This document shows, piece by piece, positions 61,850 to 64,000 of a stretch of DNA of 64,000 bases. Below the pieces are notes generated by a model, which saw only the letters and a program-made list of their open reading frames with translations, had not been told where the DNA came from and did not search any database. This stretch comes from Utricularia gibba. Taxonomy: Eukaryota > Plantae > Magnoliophyta. The translations under genes and the position numbers were made by a program. The stretch covers positions 434,001 through 498,000 of the forward strand of contig CM007990.1 in NCBI GenBank assembly GCA_002189035.1, read 5' to 3'. How positions within the stretch are numbered: position 1 is the first letter of the stretch; each line of letters starts with the position of its first letter.

Positions 61850-63152
61850 ATGTTCGGTGTTTCCTATGGACAAATTTTGCTGATTTTGGGCGCTGCCGCC
61901 GCTGTTATCGGTATCGTCTCTGCGTAAAATTCTGTTAATGAGTGATGGGATGCTGTTTGATTGTCATTGGAGTGAGGTTTTGTGTTGTCGTTGTGGGTGA
62001 AATTAGGGCCAAAGGATCTTCCGATCATTGCTAGAACGGTTGGGAGATTGGCTGGGCGTGCTATTGGGTATGCTCAAATAGCGCGCGGCCAGTTCAATAG
62101 CGTTATGCAGCAATCCCAAGCGCAGCAGGTACCGAATTGTGTGCGAAATTCATCAGCAGAAGTTGATTTTCTCGTATGAAGTTCTGGGAAACTGTTTATC
62201 AGGTACATAAGGAATTGCAAGATGCCATGGCCCAATTGGAAGCCATTCGCCATGAAATCAGGACAGTTTCATTCATGAATCCTGGCTCAATGACAACTAG
62301 GCTTGTGGACAAGATCGCTAACGAACCATTTGATGTTAATGGTGTGTCTGTTGCTTAACCATTTGTTGCACATTCATTTGGAATTGCATTTCACAGTACC
62401 TCTTTTTCATGTGGTTTAGTAAAGAAGGATTCTTCGGAATCTCATAAAGAGAGTTCATTGAATCCCCGGGAGGACACCCCCAGTGTACCTAAGGTAACAT
62501 CTTTTTTGTTGTGTGGAATGGGAGAAGCTTCAACCTGCTTTTCTGCTGAATTTGTTCCTTTGTATTGAGTTACGTGATTCTGATTTGTGATTTATCTCCT
62601 GTATTAATCACTATGCTTTTAGACACCCCGCGCCTAGAAATCAGATAATCAGCTGATATCCAGCTTTAGCTGCATTCTCCTTCCCTCCCCGGCATCGCCC
62701 ATGTTACATCATTCTTGCACCGTTTTTGTCGAATGATCCACCATCTTAAAGCCAGACACTTCTGTATCCTCAAGGACCACATTCAAGCAACCCCATCATG
62801 TTCCGACATGCATGCCGAGGCAACAGCATATGCAAGATTGGCAGAATCCATGCCTTTCAACTCAAACTCCATGGATGAAGTCATCAAAGAGCTGAAGGAT
62901 GGTTCAGGGCAGTTCGTCATTCTTCCCATATCAGCAGAGACTGCAAAACTACTACCCAACCGAAAAGGTTAGGACCTTTATCTCATCTCAGATTCATTCA
63001 TGGCTCCCAGTCTTCTGTCCTGAACAAATGTGACCTTCTTAGGCAGCTTAACGGGATCCGACATCCTCCTGGAAGCCATACTCGAGGAAGGGGTTGCCCA
63101 TGATGCACAAGGATTTCTGTACAACGCTCAAAGCCATACGGAAAAGGGATAA
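61850..63152 (+). CDS. Sec-independent translocase TatB-like protein (mitochondrial type), 6 exons
   Basis: MFGVSYGQILLILGAAAAVI|GPKDLPIIARTVGRLAG (Tat hinge GP, amphipathic helix), VHKELQDAMAQLEAIRHEIR and C-terminal LTGSDILLEAILEE. Confidence 0.88.
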
Positions 63153-63477
63153 TTCTTAAGCGCCACCTCTGATCACTTACAAATCTGAATATCATGTAAC
63201 ATATATTTGAAAAAATTGATCATATTTAATATTAATTTTTTTAATGTAAGAAAACCATACAATTTAGAAAGAAAGAGAAGGCATTGAATTTAACCTAAAG
63301 CAGTAGAAAGTACAGAGACAAGAGACAGGGAAATTGAACTGAATGTCGCAGGAAAGATTTCAGCCACCCACATGCACGTTTGTTCTTCCTTCTTCTTCCT
63401 CTTCTTCTTCCATTGTCGTATTCAGAGTGCTCGTGAATACGAGAAGGGAAGAAGATGCCGACCCCAACCGGGAACTC

Positions 63478-63946
63478 CTACTTGGGAGCTTGAACCTGCA
63501 ACCCTTTGGCTTCGGAGCCCCTCATGATCCTCATCCTTTTGCAGGAAGCAACGAACATCTCCCATGGCACATCTCCCACCAGCATCCAATCCCCATCCTT
63601 GTCTTGGTACGTCGGCGCGTACGGGGATGCGCTACTGTACCCCTCCCTTCCTGTTCCTGGGAACAAAAGGCGAGACCTTTAGAGATGTAAAGAAGAAGGG
63701 AAAAGGATGAGATGGAGGTTACCCAGGTTGCAGTTGTACATGTTCTGCAGAGCTGTGAGCAAATCGGCGTAGTTGTGGTAGAAGTTGAGGTCGATTTTCC
63801 TCAGATACGGAGCTCCATCCATGCTCACCTTCACAAACATGGCCCCGGAACGGTTATCCTCTTCCCCGGTTTTCCCGTCATGCTGCTGATGGAGAGTGTT
63901 TTTACGGTAGGAAGATCTCACCGGCGGCCACCCGACAACTTGCTGC
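63478..63946 (-). CDS. Aux/IAA repressor (IAA1-4-like clade), exons 2-3; exon 1 lies beyond the window
   Basis: Degron [10 protein letters not shown], domain [20 protein letters not shown] and domain [23 protein letters not shown]. Confidence 0.96.
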
Positions 63947-64000
63947 CTGAAAAGTCATCAGAATCCATATCACCAACTGAGCCCGGGAGAGGACAAAACG

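Noticed and set aside
61912-62005. TatB intron 1 donor GTATCGTC resembling a U12 donor
   Set aside because: It deviates from GTATCCTT and there is no CCTTAAC-like branch near the acceptor.
63655-63680. Apparent frameshift at the Aux/IAA exon 3 start
   Set aside because: Using the downstream acceptor ttttgttcccag|GAACAG restores G-TGREGY in frame.

Overview
Gene-dense nuclear DNA from a eudicot plant. It is not prokaryotic, and I see no rRNA, tRNA, CRISPR or transposon-coding sequence. I can reconstruct 21 recognisable protein-coding genes, in order: cohesin SCC3 (5' partial), secreted LRR protein, atypical bHLH, FAF-like, CSP41a, phytocyanin, TIME FOR COFFEE-like, OVATE family protein, FCS-like zinc finger, GPI-anchored LTP, Ole e 6-like peptide, homocysteine S-methyltransferase, NET1, FORKED/VAN3-binding-like, LIFEGUARD/BI1-like, SEC24, DYW-PPR (OTP86-like), GBP-like GTPase, V-ATPase F, mitochondrial TatB-like and Aux/IAA (5' partial). 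There are also two unassigned candidate genes. Short introns, about 3 kb per gene and the absence of TEs suggest a compact genome; an asterid/Lamiales lineage such as Lentibulariaceae is my guess only. The main oddities are: a five-copy 294-bp (98 aa, 14 heptads) tandem amplification inside the NET1 coiled coil; two minor-spliceosome (U12) introns; a phytocyanin whose His/Cys/His copper ligands are all Ser; an orphan 4-exon gene; and a non-coding segment with two miR393-like sites. Four -1 frameshifts look like long-read consensus errors. All family assignments come from motif recognition and memory, not database searches.
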